This document shows positions 47,271 to 58,039 of a stretch of 64,000 nucleotides of DNA, in pieces; position 1 is the first letter of the stretch; each line of letters starts with the position of its first letter. Origin of the DNA: Lachnospiraceae bacterium (lineage in GTDB: Bacteria > Bacillota > Clostridia > Lachnospirales > Lachnospiraceae); NCBI GenBank assembly GCA_014804755.1, contig JAAUZE010000008.1, positions 100,109 through 164,108 on the forward strand. The letters run 5' to 3'. Below the pieces are notes generated by a model that made no database searches, was not told where the DNA came from, and saw only the letters and a list, made by a program, of their open reading frames with translations. Both the position numbers and the translations under genes were made by a program.

Positions 47271-49178
47271 TCACCGGAAATTTTCTTTCTTAATAAATTC
47301 AATAAATGCCTTTGCTTCCAGGGGCTTTGAGAAATAATAGCCTTGGATATAGTCGATACCCAGCTCTTCAAGCACGGTCAACTGCTCTTTTGTCTCCACG
47401 CCCTCAGAGACGACCTTTAAGTGCATATCGTGGATCATGTTCATGGCGGCGCGCAGGACGAACTTTGCTTTTTCACCCTTAAAGTATGACTGCGTCATAT
47501 CGCGGTCGAATTTCACGATCTGAACCGGCATGTCCACGATATAGTTTAAGTTCGACTGCCCGCTTCCGAAATCATCCAGCGAAAAGGACACGCCGTAATC
47601 GATTAAGCACCGCATGTTTTCAAGCAGCGTCTTTCGCGTGTTGATCGATGCGGATTCCGTGATTTCCAGATTGATGGATTCGGGAGCGATATGATGTTTT
47701 TGCATAATACTGATGTACGTGTTTGCGAGGGCCTCGCTGTCGCACTGTATGACGGAGAGGTTTGCCTCAATATATTGAATGCCGTAGTCGTTCAGATTCT
47801 GCTCTTTTATAAAACGGCAGGTTTTGTCGAATAGGATCTCGCCGACCTCGCTGATAAGCCCGGTCTCCTCCGCGATGGGGATAAAAAGTCCCGGCGGGAT
47901 GATGCTGCCGTCTTCCCTGCGGATACGCGCCAATGCCTCTGCGGATACGAATTTCTTTTCTTTTGTGGAGTAAATGGGCTGATAAAACACCTCAATCCGG
48001 TCTTCCTTTATGGCGCGCACAAGCGTGCCGAGCATTTCGTCATGCTCGCGTCGTTTTTTCACACTGTCTTCATCTATCGTTATGACAGAGTCCTCCGATG
48101 ATTCCGCACAGTGAGAACGGAAATATTTGAGAACGCCGAGCATTTCCTCTGCATTTTCTGCCACCTTGCAGGAGGGAATGAGGATGTAATTCGGCTGTAA
48201 AAATACCGGCTCCTCATCAGCGTGGTCTGTAAGCCAGCTGCGTCGAAAACGGTCGTAAATGATGCCGCAGGCGTGATAGAGTGCCTCTTTCTCTTCAAAT
48301 TCCAGTGAAAACTCCCGATCGTCCGTCTTGAACACCCGGACTTTCGGAATCCGGCGGATAAACTGTACGATCTCCGCCATGGCTTTCTCCATTTTGGCAG
48401 GCGTCATATTGTTGATGACATGCACATTTTCAAGGGAAAGAAGGATGCCGCAGCAGTCAATGTCCATGTGGTAGCGCTGTTTGATAAATTCAACAAATGC
48501 ATAGCTGTTAAAAAAACCGGTGCTCCTGTCAATGTAAATTTCAGGATTTTCAAGCTCGAAAAATAAAATGACCATTCCCATAACGCTCGCGAAACCGACC
48601 AACAAAAGCTTGCTGTTTAAGAATTGGGTCAGGGCAGCCACAATCCATATCAGCAGCCACAGACGGATGGCGCTGCGGCGTTTGGGGTTCATTGTTTTTC
48701 CGTGCAGAAAAATCTTGAGCAGCGTTGCCAGAATCAAGAGCAGCGCGCCTGCATAGGTGGCGGAGCACGCCAGACCGTGTGTGTATACAATATTGTGACC
48801 GTCATAATAAGTAGAAATGGGAAGCGCAAAGATCAGGATGCCGATCACAATGACCACAACTCCCAGTCTGCGGGTAAACTTGTCCGCCTTGACTAAATGA
48901 TGAATATCGGCGCTTGCGTAGGCAAATGCGATATAACCGGTAGTGATGAGGGAGACGAGATACGCCTTGCATTCGGTTTTCACCAGCCATATCGGGAGAT
49001 GCGCCTGATTGATGATGAGAACGATCGATAAAATATCCAGGATCAGACAAGCGATCGTAATGTAAAGCGCACGCAAAAAGAGTCTTCCGGTATACAGCCC
49101 GATGGTATGCTGGCGTTTGTAGAAATAAAGCAGCAGTAATAGAATGAATACGCCGCCTGTTTGCATCTGAATATTCAT
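47271..49178 (-). CDS. Membrane-anchored EAL-domain protein (c-di-GMP phosphodiesterase-like) with degenerate GGDEF-like middle domain
   Basis: C-terminal EAL...LEITES...DDFGSG...QGY motifs; ~8 N-terminal TM helices. Confidence 0.75.
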   Translation of the reverse strand: MNIQMQTGGVFILLLLLYFYKRQHTIGLYTGRLFLRALYITIACLILDILSIVLIINQAHLPIWLVKTECKAYLVSLITTGYIAFAYASADIHHLVKADKFTRRLGVVVIVIGILIFALPISTYYDGHNIVYTHGLACSATYAGALLLILATLLKIFLHGKTMNPKRRSAIRLWLLIWIVAALTQFLNSKLLLVGFASVMGMVILFFELENPEIYIDRSTGFFNSYAFVEFIKQRYHMDIDCCGILLSLENVHVINNMTPAKMEKAMAEIVQFIRRIPKVRVFKTDDREFSLEFEEKEALYHACGIIYDRFRRSWLTDHADEEPVFLQPNYILIPSCKVAENAEEMLGVLKYFRSHCAESSEDSVITIDEDSVKKRREHDEMLGTLVRAIKEDRIEVFYQPIYSTKEKKFVSAEALARIRREDGSIIPPGLFIPIAEETGLISEVGEILFDKTCRFIKEQNLNDYGIQYIEANLSVIQCDSEALANTYISIMQKHHIAPESINLEITESASINTRKTLLENMRCLIDYGVSFSLDDFGSGQSNLNYIVDMPVQIVKFDRDMTQSYFKGEKAKFVLRAAMNMIHDMHLKVVSEGVETKEQLTVLEELGIDYIQGYYFSKPLEAKAFIEFIKKENFR

Positions 49179-49392
49179 AGCCTGAGTAACTCTCCTCTCC
49201 GATATGACCTCATTTTACCATATTTTACATTTAGATGACAATTCCTGTCAGAGTTATTTTTATGCTGTTTATGACAGGAAAAAATAACTGTGGTAGATTT
49301 TCCTGTCATACGTTATAATGAATTACATGGAGCAGCACAGATGCTGCATGTAAAAATGTTCTGACAAAGAATAGCAGGAGAACGAAACACAT

Positions 49393-50049
49393 ATGGGGAA
49401 GGTAACTGATAGCAGGGAAAACACAGGGCGGGGCAGTCTGATCGCCCTAGAGGGCATTGACGGGAGCGGAAAGAGCACACAGGCGGCGTATCTTTATGAG
49501 CGGTTAAAAAAAGAAGGCGTCTGCTGTGAGCTGACAATGGAGCCGACTGCTTCGCCGATCGGGGCGTTGATCCGGCAAATTTTGAAGGGGGAGTTTCGGA
49601 CGGACAACCGTGTGATCGCGGGGTTATTTGTTGCGGATCGTTTAGATCATTTATTAAACGAAGCGGACGGGATCGCGGCGAAGGTGGAATCCGGTACGAC
49701 CGTGATCACGGACAGATACTATTTTTCTTCCTATGCCTATAACAGTGTGGATATGCCGATGGACTGGGTCATTCAGGCAAATAAGCCGAGCAGCGCGATC
49801 CTAAGACCCGCCGTGAATCTGTTTATTGACGTTGATCCGGATGTCGCGTTGGAGAGAATCGCGAAGAACCGCCGTCATGTGGAGCTGTTTGAGACAAAGG
49901 AAAGACTGAAGCTTGTGCGGGAAAATTACAGGAAAGCGTTTCAGATGCTGGAAAATGAGGAGCGTTGTGTGATCATTGACGGAAACCGCCCACAGGAGGA
50001 GATTGCGGAGAGCGTATGGGAAGCCGTACGGGAGATCCTGTCTAAGTAG
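49393..50049 (+). CDS. tmk: Thymidylate kinase
   Basis: LIALEGIDGSGKSTQ P-loop, DRY motif (ITDRYYFSSYAY), LID region. Confidence 0.85.
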   Translation: MGKVTDSRENTGRGSLIALEGIDGSGKSTQAAYLYERLKKEGVCCELTMEPTASPIGALIRQILKGEFRTDNRVIAGLFVADRLDHLLNEADGIAAKVESGTTVITDRYYFSSYAYNSVDMPMDWVIQANKPSSAILRPAVNLFIDVDPDVALERIAKNRRHVELFETKERLKLVRENYRKAFQMLENEERCVIIDGNRPQEEIAESVWEAVREILSK

Positions 50050-50269
50050 ACCTCTCATTGGATCAGCGATTCCCAGAGTAAAATATATAGAAACCCTGAT
50101 TGAATCCGTGTTTCCGTAAAAAACAGACCGACCTGGTACAATGGTGTATCGGATCGGTCTGTTTTTATGTATCGGAATTTTCGTGCGCTCATTTTTTTTA
50201 TCAACAGAAACTTTCGTGCACGCGAGTTTTGCGTAGCAAAATCTCGCAAAGAATGCCTTGCATTCTTTT

Positions 50270-50702
50270 TTATTCTATCGTGGAAATCTCTTCCTGCTCC
50301 GCTGCCTTTGCCTTTTTGCGGTCAAAGGGTTTGGTTGACGGATCAGCCTGAGCGGTCGTCATGGTACACTTGCCGTCAAAGCATGCATCCTCGTCCACGA
50401 TCAAAGAGCGCGCGGTAACATTGCCGGTAACTTTTGCGGTGGAGAAAAGCTCCAGCCTGCCCTGCACGTGAATATCGCCCGTTACCCTGCCTGAAAGTGT
50501 GACATTCAGAGCCGATATATTGCCGATGATCACGCCGTCCGTGCCGAGTATGACATTTTCCTTACACGTACAGTCGCCGTTTAAGCTGCCGTCAATGCGG
50601 ATGGTTTCGGGGGCGTTGATGTTTCCGTCAAAAACGGCTCCGGCGCCGATCAGTGTGCCGACTGTCTGTGTTTTTCCAACGTCAGTATTTTTTTTTCTCA
50701 TA
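50270..50702 (-). CDS. Bactofilin-family polymer-forming cytoskeletal protein
   Basis: Repetitive beta-helix-like G-x-V/I-x-G-D/N segments (DUF583); RBS GGGAGG. Confidence 0.7.
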
Positions 50703-50767
50703 AATTTGTTCCTCCCTTTAGTGCATTGCATTTTGCGATGCCTGTGTTAATGTACGAAGCTCATTTT

Positions 50768-51541
50768 TTAGCCCTTGGTATCCATAATGGAGAGCGGATC
50801 GATCCATTCTTCTCCAAACAGTACCCCATAATCTAATTCCGTGCCTTCAGAAGTGATCGTGAACAGGGAATCTCCTTTATTTACCTGTGCACCTTCTTCC
50901 ACCTTCAATTCGGCATTCTGGCGGTAGAGATAGTAGGTCGTATAGCCGCTTTCATGCACGATCTCGATCATGTAGCGGTAGGTGTCATCCGAATTGATCG
51001 ACCTGACCGTGCCGTTGCCGGCTGCGATAACATCGGTTCCCGACTCAACGGTAAATGAGGTGTACGGGTGTTCATTAGAAAAGGTGGAAGTGATTACTCC
51101 CACGCCGGAGGATGGATATAAAGTGGGAACCAATGCCTCCGCCGCTTCGCGTTCCGCCGCTTCCGCCGCTTCCCGCTCGGCATCTGCGATCGCCTGCAGC
51201 TCCTGTTCCCGCAAATCCAAATCTGAGCGAACTGCAGCCAGTTCCTCCTCCAATGCCTGTTTTTCCTGTGTCCAATTATCTTTTTCGTCTTCCCATTCCG
51301 AAACAAGCCGTTCTTCCGCAAGCTGTTGTTCACGAAGCTGCTGCTGCAATCCGCTCTCGTGCTGTATCTGGGTCAGCGCCTGATAGCTGAGCCATCCGGC
51401 AGCGGCAAGGATCGTGAAAAAGAGAACAAACAACAGACGCAGCGTAGAGCGTGCAATGCGAAAACGCCGATTGCGTCTGTCTATGTTGGAGACAAAAAGT
51501 ACGGAATAGGATTCCTTGCGTTTATGTCGTCGGTTCTTCAT
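50768..51541 (-). CDS. M23-family peptidase with N-terminal TM and coiled coil
   Basis: C-terminal LytM-like HESGYTTYYLY...GDSLFTITSEGTELDYGV; EREAAEAAEREAAEA tandem repeat. Confidence 0.7.
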   Translation of the reverse strand: MKNRRHKRKESYSVLFVSNIDRRNRRFRIARSTLRLLFVLFFTILAAAGWLSYQALTQIQHESGLQQQLREQQLAEERLVSEWEDEKDNWTQEKQALEEELAAVRSDLDLREQELQAIADAEREAAEAAEREAAEALVPTLYPSSGVGVITSTFSNEHPYTSFTVESGTDVIAAGNGTVRSINSDDTYRYMIEIVHESGYTTYYLYRQNAELKVEEGAQVNKGDSLFTITSEGTELDYGVLFGEEWIDPLSIMDTKG

Positions 51542-51821
51542 ACGCAAAACCTCCCTCGGAGTCCTGTAAGTACTCGGTACGCATATTATAGTAGCAAATC
51601 GCAAGAAAAGCAAATGGAAAATGCGTTTTAGGGGGTAGAAATTACCGCGTTTTGGTAAAATAAAGCGATGGAAAGCACTTTGCAGCGATTTTTGCTCTTG
51701 TTTTTACCGGGGAGGCACACTATAATGGGAATGCAGGAATCCGGCGTGCGGGGGCATAAAGAGCGTGTGCCGGAAAAAGAAAACCGGATTTGCGGGCAGC
51801 AGAAAGGCATGAGTATCGGTT

Positions 51822-52916
51822 ATGAAAGTAGTTTTACAGAATTTGACAAAAAAATTTCCGAACCGCAATAAAAAAGCGGGCGGCGAGGTCGTTGCAGTGG
51901 ATGATTTTTCCTTTGAAATTCCGGACGGGAAGCTTGTCGGGCTGCTCGGACCCTCGGGCTGCGGAAAAAGTACGACGCTTTTTATGATATGCGGGCTGCA
52001 AAAGCCGACAAGCGGTAAAATCTTTTTCGGCGAGGACGATGTGACGGATTTACCGCCCGAAAACAGGGGGGTCGGTGTGGTGTTCCAAAATTATGCGCTC
52101 TATCCGCATTTGACAGTCAGACAGAATATCACGTTTCCGCTGGAGAACCTCAAGGGTGAGGACAAGCTCACGAAGCAGCAGATGCAGGACAAAGCGCATG
52201 AAGCGGCAAAGCTCGTGCAGATCGAGGAATTGATGGACAGAAAGCCGAACGAGCTTTCCGGCGGTCAGCAGCAGCGCGTTGCGATCGCGCGTGCGATGGT
52301 GAAGATGCCGAAGGTGCTTTTGCTGGACGAGCCGCTTTCGAATCTCGATGCGCGCCTGCGCTTACAGACGCGGGAGGAAATTCGGCGCATTCAGCGGGAG
52401 ACGGGCATTACGACCGTGTTTGTGACGCATGATCAGGAGGAAGCGATGAGCATTTCCGATGTGATCGTCGTTATGAAGGACGGCGTAGTGCAGCAGATCG
52501 GAAAGCCGCAGGAGGTGTATGACGATCCGGTCAATTTATTTGTTGCCAAATTTTTAGGCACGCCGCCGGTCAATCTCTTTGACGGCGAGGTCAAAGCGGG
52601 AATGCTCCATATCGGTGACGACGCCGTACTGTCTGTTCCGGGCGCAGCGGACGGGGCAGTGGATGTCGGCATCCGTCCCGAGGGCTTTCTTTTAAAAGAA
52701 GACGGGGTATTATGCTGTGCGCTGACGGGAGTAGAGGTCATGGGACGCGATATCAGCGTCGTATCGACGAATCCGCATGCGCAGAGCAAGGCGATCCGCT
52801 CCATTATCAACGCGGAGAACAAGGTGGACACGGATGCAAAGGACGTCCGGTTTGCGTTAAAACCGAATAAGGTGCTTCTGTTTCAGAAAGAGACGGGAGA
52901 ACGGATTTATTTTTAA
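51822..52916 (+). CDS. Sugar ABC transporter ATP-binding protein (MalK/UgpC/MsmK-like)
   Basis: Walker A GPSGCGKST, LSGGQQQR signature, Walker B LLLDEP, C-terminal TOBE-like domain. Confidence 0.85.
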   Translation: MKVVLQNLTKKFPNRNKKAGGEVVAVDDFSFEIPDGKLVGLLGPSGCGKSTTLFMICGLQKPTSGKIFFGEDDVTDLPPENRGVGVVFQNYALYPHLTVRQNITFPLENLKGEDKLTKQQMQDKAHEAAKLVQIEELMDRKPNELSGGQQQRVAIARAMVKMPKVLLLDEPLSNLDARLRLQTREEIRRIQRETGITTVFVTHDQEEAMSISDVIVVMKDGVVQQIGKPQEVYDDPVNLFVAKFLGTPPVNLFDGEVKAGMLHIGDDAVLSVPGAADGAVDVGIRPEGFLLKEDGVLCCALTGVEVMGRDISVVSTNPHAQSKAIRSIINAENKVDTDAKDVRFALKPNKVLLFQKETGERIYF

Positions 52917-52937
52917 TACTCAGGAAGGCAGACTAAC

Positions 52938-53708
52938 ATGTCGAAGATTAGTTCCTATGACGAATATATCGAAAAGTTGGATGGGCGGGGCGATGTCATT
53001 GTGTTCCGAGGACAGGCAAACAGCGAGTTTGTGCTGATCCCGTCAGGGCTTCGCGGGGATCACATCCACATTGCGGACAGTCAGATGTTCCGCTTTGTTG
53101 ATGAAATGAAGCAACTGTTTAATTTTGATGAGCTGACCTGTATTGAGATCGCGCAGCATTTTGCACTTCCGACGAGAATGCTGGATTTTTCCTATTCCTT
53201 TGACGTGGCCTTGTTTTTTGCATGCCATGACGCCAAGGGGCGGTACGCGGAAAATGACGGCAAGGTGTTCATTTTTAATAAGAGTAAATATGAGCAAGCG
53301 CTCAGGGAAAGAAGAAAGCTTTCCAGCGAGGTCATCCGGAATAATAAATTTCTGTATGAATGGCTGCAAAAATACATAGATAAGGAATCAACGCTCATGG
53401 GAAACGAGGGCGTTGATATGCCGATCTTTGTGGATGCGACGCAGCAGTTCGACCGGTTGTATATGCAGAAGGGATTGTTCCTGCTCTGGGGGCGGGACGA
53501 GTGCTCCCTTGAAAAAATACTGGAAAATGAACGAATACCGATGTCGCAGCTCATCGATACGATCACGATCGACGCGTGCGCCAAGCCGCGTATTTTGTCC
53601 GAGCTTGCAAAAAAACACATCAGTGAGGATACACTGTATATGAACATCGGAAAGATCAAGGATTTGGTTTACCATATCAAGTATGGAGATAAACCAAAAC
53701 AGGAATGA
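52938..53708 (+). CDS. FRG-domain protein
   Basis: VFRGQANSEFVLIPSGLR FRG signature; lies between the ATPase and the permease genes of the ABC operon. Confidence 0.6.
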   Translation: MSKISSYDEYIEKLDGRGDVIVFRGQANSEFVLIPSGLRGDHIHIADSQMFRFVDEMKQLFNFDELTCIEIAQHFALPTRMLDFSYSFDVALFFACHDAKGRYAENDGKVFIFNKSKYEQALRERRKLSSEVIRNNKFLYEWLQKYIDKESTLMGNEGVDMPIFVDATQQFDRLYMQKGLFLLWGRDECSLEKILENERIPMSQLIDTITIDACAKPRILSELAKKHISEDTLYMNIGKIKDLVYHIKYGDKPKQE

Positions 53709-53716
53709 GGAATTGT

Positions 53717-54610
53717 ATGGAAAAAAATAAATTGAAGGGTTGGCTGTATCTGCTGCCGGCTATTTTGTTTTTGGGATGCTTTATGGTATATCCGCTCATT
53801 GACGTATTTGTGTATTCGTTCGAGGAAAGCTACAATTTTGCTTCCCAGACCTATCAGGGAACCGGTGGCTATAATTTTGCGTATGTTCTGCATGACACGT
53901 ATTTTTTGCAGGCGGTAAAAAATACCTTCCTCATGGTGGTCATCACCGTGCCGCTCTCAACAGGCATCGCGCTTTTGATCTCCGTGGGTTTAAGCTCCAT
54001 CAAACCGCTTCGCAGGCTTTTTCAGACGGTTTATTTTCTGCCGTATGTGACGAATACGCTTGCCGTCGGTCTTGTCTTTATGATCCTGTTCAAAAAGACG
54101 GAGTATACGGACGGACTCGTGAACCTGCTCATTCATTGGTTCGGCGGAGAGTCGGTCGATTTTATTTCCGGACCGTACTGGGCGAAAATGTTTGTCATGT
54201 GTTTTTATATCATATGGGTCGTTATGCCGTTTAAGATCCTGCTCCTCACAAGCGCGCTCTTATCTGTGGATCAGAGCTATTACAACGCGGCAAAGGTGGA
54301 TGGCACGTCGGGCGCGCGTATTTTTAGAAAGATCACGCTGCCGATGATTTCGCCTACGATCTTTTATCTTGTCATCACGGGCTTTATCGGCGCGTTCAAG
54401 GAATACAGCGACGCTGTCGCATTATTCGGGACGAACTTAAATGCGGCGGGAATGAATACGATCGTCGGATATGTGTACGACATGCTTTACGGGGACAGCG
54501 GCGGCTATCCGTCGTATGCCTCGGCGGCGGCGATCATATTATTTGTGATCGTCTTGACGATCACCTGTATCAACCTGCTCATCAGCAGTAAGCACACGAC
54601 GTACAATTAA
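53717..54610 (+). CDS. Carbohydrate ABC transporter permease (MalF/UgpA-like)
   Basis: 6 TM with EAA-like loop (YYNAAKVDGTSGARIFRKITLPM). Confidence 0.8.
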   Translation: MEKNKLKGWLYLLPAILFLGCFMVYPLIDVFVYSFEESYNFASQTYQGTGGYNFAYVLHDTYFLQAVKNTFLMVVITVPLSTGIALLISVGLSSIKPLRRLFQTVYFLPYVTNTLAVGLVFMILFKKTEYTDGLVNLLIHWFGGESVDFISGPYWAKMFVMCFYIIWVVMPFKILLLTSALLSVDQSYYNAAKVDGTSGARIFRKITLPMISPTIFYLVITGFIGAFKEYSDAVALFGTNLNAAGMNTIVGYVYDMLYGDSGGYPSYASAAAIILFVIVLTITCINLLISSKHTTYN

Positions 54611-54623
54611 GGAGGAATCCTTC

Positions 54624-55499
54624 ATGGCAAAAACGGATACTTATAAGGAGATTGAGCGCACGGCGGCGCGGCGCAAAAAAGGTGTGCGCACGGTCACTTA
54701 TATCCTGCTCACATTGTGGGCGCTCATCGTGCTGTTTCCTTTTTACTGGATGCTGCTGACGAGCATCAAAAGCTACGGCGCGTACAACTCAGAATATATT
54801 CCGCAATTTATTACCCTGTCGCCGACGCTTCAGAACTATGCGGATGCGTTCAGCGCCGTTCCGCTCGGCAGATACCTGCTCAACACGTTTATTTTTACGG
54901 TGGCGACGACCGCGATCATGATGGTGGTCATCACATTGGCGGCGTTCGCGTTTGCGCGTTTGAACTTTCGGGGAAAAAATCTCGTGTTCACGCTGTTTCT
55001 GGCGCTGATGATGATACCGAACGAGCTTGTCATCATTACGAACTTTGCGACGATCACAAACATGAACATGCGCAATTCGTTTTTGGGACTGATCTTACCG
55101 TCCGTCACATCCGTTTTTTATATCTATTTGCTAAAAGAGAATTTTGCGCAGGTGCCGGATTCGCTTTATTATGCGGCGAAAGTGGATGGTACCTCCGACT
55201 TAAAGTATCTGTGCAAGGTGATGGTGCCGATCTGCCGCCCGACGCTCATTACGATCGTGATCTTAAAGGTGATCGAGTGCTGGAATTCCTATGTGTGGCC
55301 GCGCCTCATCACCGACGACGAGCGCTATTTTCTGGTGTCGAACGGCATTCAGGAGATCCGGGAGAACGGTTTCGGCCGTGAAAATATCCCCGCGATGATG
55401 GCGGCGGTCGTTGTGATCTCGCTGCCGCTCATCGTGCTGTTTCTCATTTTCCGCGAAAAGATCATGGCGGGTGTATCAAGAGGGGGGACAAAAGGGTGA
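54624..55499 (+). CDS. Carbohydrate ABC transporter permease (MalG/UgpE-like)
   Basis: EAA loop YYAAKVDGTSDLKYLCKVMVPICRP. Confidence 0.8.
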   Translation: MAKTDTYKEIERTAARRKKGVRTVTYILLTLWALIVLFPFYWMLLTSIKSYGAYNSEYIPQFITLSPTLQNYADAFSAVPLGRYLLNTFIFTVATTAIMMVVITLAAFAFARLNFRGKNLVFTLFLALMMIPNELVIITNFATITNMNMRNSFLGLILPSVTSVFYIYLLKENFAQVPDSLYYAAKVDGTSDLKYLCKVMVPICRPTLITIVILKVIECWNSYVWPRLITDDERYFLVSNGIQEIRENGFGRENIPAMMAAVVVISLPLIVLFLIFREKIMAGVSRGGTKG

Positions 55500-57097
55500 C
55501 GAAAAAAAGAAAGACCGTTCGTTTTTTGCTGTTATCTCTGCTTTTTGCATTTGCCGCGCTGCTTGCAGGCTGTCACGGGTCGAAGGGGCTTGACCCGTTC
55601 GGGATGCCGGAAGAATTCGACACCTCAAGGAATTATACGATCACGTTTTGGGCAAAAAACGATACGAACAAGACGCAGGCGGACATTTACGAGCGGGCGA
55701 TCGCTGAGTTTGAACAGCTGTATCCGAATATCAAGGTGAATCTGCGTTTGTATACGGATTATGGAGTGATCTATAATGACGTCATTACGAATATTTCCAC
55801 GAATACGACGCCGAATGTCTGTATCACTTATCCGGATCACATCGCAACTTATCTGACCGGAACAAATGTCGTGGTTCCTCTGGACGAATTGTTTGCCGAT
55901 GAACGTTATGGTTTCGGAGGGAGCGAGGTGCGTTTTGACGCGGTGGCACAAAACGAGGTCGTTTCCCGTTTCTTGGAAGAGGGTGCGTTTGACGGGCACT
56001 ATTACGCGATCCCGTTCATGCGTTCCACCGAGGCGTGCTATGTGAATAAAACCTATGTGGAAGCGCTGGGTTATACACTGCCCGATGTGCTGACATGGGA
56101 TTTTGTGTGGGAGGTATCCGAGGCGGCTCTGGCGGCGGACGCGGACGGAAATTATATCGTCAACGGGCAGAACGTGCTGATCCCGTTTATCTACAAATCC
56201 ACGGATAACATGATGATCCAGATGCTTAAGCAGACGGGCGGCGACTATTCCACGGATGAGGGGGACATCCTTCTTTTTAACGATACGACGAAGGCGCTTC
56301 TCTATACGATTGCGGAGCATGGAAAGACCAAAGCGTTTTCCACATTTAAGATATCGAGTTATCCCGCCAATTTCCTCAATGCGGGACAGTGTATTTTTGC
56401 GGTCGATTCCACGGCGGGCGCGACATGGATGGGAACGGATGCGCCGCTTCGGGACATCAGCGATGAGAAACTGGTGCAGTTTGAGACCGAGATCAGGATG
56501 GTCCCGCAGTTTGACACGGATGCGCCGCAGATGATCTCGCAGGGACCGTCCGTGTGCTTGTTTAACAAGTCTGACCCGCAGGAGGTATTGGCGTCATGGC
56601 TGTTTGCGCAGTATCTTCTGACGAACAACGTGCAGATCGCGTATGCCGAGACGGAGGGTTATATCCCCGTGACAACGAGGGCGCAGAATGCGGCGGAGTA
56701 TACGGACTATCTGGCGAGGGGCGGCGAGGACAACGCTCTGCACTATGACATCAAGATCAAGGCGGCGAAGCTCCTGATTGACAATATTGACAATACTTTT
56801 GTTACGCCGGTGTTTAACGGCTCGGCATCCTTGCGCAATGCCGCAGGGCAGTTGGTCGAGGAGACAGTGAAGGCAGTCAGGAGGGGGCAGACCGTGGATG
56901 AGGCGTTTATAGAGACGCTCTATGCCGACACGACATCACTGTACCGCTTAGATCAGGGCGGGTCATCCGCGACGGGAAAAACAGACTTAGGTCCGCTCCC
57001 GAAAACGGCGGTTGTTCTGCTTGTTTCGCTGGCGGTCGTATGGATTTTGATCATACTTTATGTCATTTTGCAGGCAAAAAAGCAGAAAAGCTATTGA
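55496..57097 (+). CDS. Extracellular solute-binding lipoprotein with C-terminal TM anchor
   Basis: Lipobox LLAGC; family-1 SBP-like; C-terminal hydrophobic helix. Confidence 0.75.
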   Translation: MTKKRKTVRFLLLSLLFAFAALLAGCHGSKGLDPFGMPEEFDTSRNYTITFWAKNDTNKTQADIYERAIAEFEQLYPNIKVNLRLYTDYGVIYNDVITNISTNTTPNVCITYPDHIATYLTGTNVVVPLDELFADERYGFGGSEVRFDAVAQNEVVSRFLEEGAFDGHYYAIPFMRSTEACYVNKTYVEALGYTLPDVLTWDFVWEVSEAALAADADGNYIVNGQNVLIPFIYKSTDNMMIQMLKQTGGDYSTDEGDILLFNDTTKALLYTIAEHGKTKAFSTFKISSYPANFLNAGQCIFAVDSTAGATWMGTDAPLRDISDEKLVQFETEIRMVPQFDTDAPQMISQGPSVCLFNKSDPQEVLASWLFAQYLLTNNVQIAYAETEGYIPVTTRAQNAAEYTDYLARGGEDNALHYDIKIKAAKLLIDNIDNTFVTPVFNGSASLRNAAGQLVEETVKAVRRGQTVDEAFIETLYADTTSLYRLDQGGSSATGKTDLGPLPKTAVVLLVSLAVVWILIILYVILQAKKQKSY

Positions 57098-57213
57098 TTT
57101 CAAAAGAAATCTATTGATTTCTTTGCGATTGTTGAGTACAATGTCAACGTGTGATTGTTGAAGGGAGCTCTGAAAGGGACTTCCGCGCATAAAGAAAAAG
57201 AGGAGAGAAAAAA

Positions 57214-57939
57214 ATGAAAAAAAGTGTGGCATTGATTTTAACGTTTTCCCTGATGCTTGCGCTCGCAGGCTGCGGTGGAAAGGGTGATGCAGGAAGCGAT
57301 GTAAAGTCCGAGGGTGTCATGACCCATGCGGAGTACGTGGCTGCGGCAGTGGACGCGCAGGTCGTCGTAGAGACCTATGTACAGGCAAAGCAGGCTTGGT
57401 GGGATAATAAGGCGACGATTTATACGCAGGATAAGGACGGCGCATATTTTATTTACGAGATGGCTTGCTCCGAGGCGGACTACGATAAGCTGACGCCGGG
57501 TACGAAGATCAAGGTTACGGGCTATAAGGCAGAGTGGTCAGGCGAGGTTGAGATTATTGACGCAACGTTCGAGATCGAGGATGGCAATTATGTTGCATCA
57601 GCGCTTGACGTAACGAGCATGCTCGGATCGGATGACCTGATCGCACATCAAAATGAATTTGTATCGTTCAAGGGGATGACCGTGGAGGATGCGGGCAACG
57701 GCGCTGCATTCATGTATAAGTGGGACAATTCCGGTACGGACGGCGACGATCTGTACTTCAATGTTTCCTTAAACGGACAGACCTATACGTTTACGGTAGA
57801 GTCCTATCTGTGTGATAACACGACGGATGTTTACGCGGCAGTCAAGAATCTACAGATCGGCGATGTAGTCGATATGGAAGGTTTCTTATACTGGTATGAG
57901 GGCGTGAATCCGCACATCACATCCGTGACTGTAAAGTAA
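57214..57939 (+). CDS. Lipoprotein, hypothetical
   Basis: Signal peptide with lipobox LALAGCGG. Confidence 0.5.
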   Translation: MKKSVALILTFSLMLALAGCGGKGDAGSDVKSEGVMTHAEYVAAAVDAQVVVETYVQAKQAWWDNKATIYTQDKDGAYFIYEMACSEADYDKLTPGTKIKVTGYKAEWSGEVEIIDATFEIEDGNYVASALDVTSMLGSDDLIAHQNEFVSFKGMTVEDAGNGAAFMYKWDNSGTDGDDLYFNVSLNGQTYTFTVESYLCDNTTDVYAAVKNLQIGDVVDMEGFLYWYEGVNPHITSVTVK

Positions 57940-58039
57940 TCGGACAAAAGGATCATAGCACGTAAAATGAGCGATACATTTGCCAAAACGGCGGGGTACC
58001 GCTCATTTTGTTATCATTGGCGTAAAGAGGAAGCACATT

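Noticed and set aside
51094-51390. Possible CRISPR-like or other repeat array suggested by reiterated GCCGCTTC units
   Set aside because: The repeats are short, contiguous and in frame within the M23 peptidase coiled-coil region. There are no spacers and no cas genes, so this is a coding tandem repeat.
55625-56320. 231-aa minus-strand ORF inside the solute-binding protein gene
   Set aside because: Antisense artefact in a GC-rich coding region.
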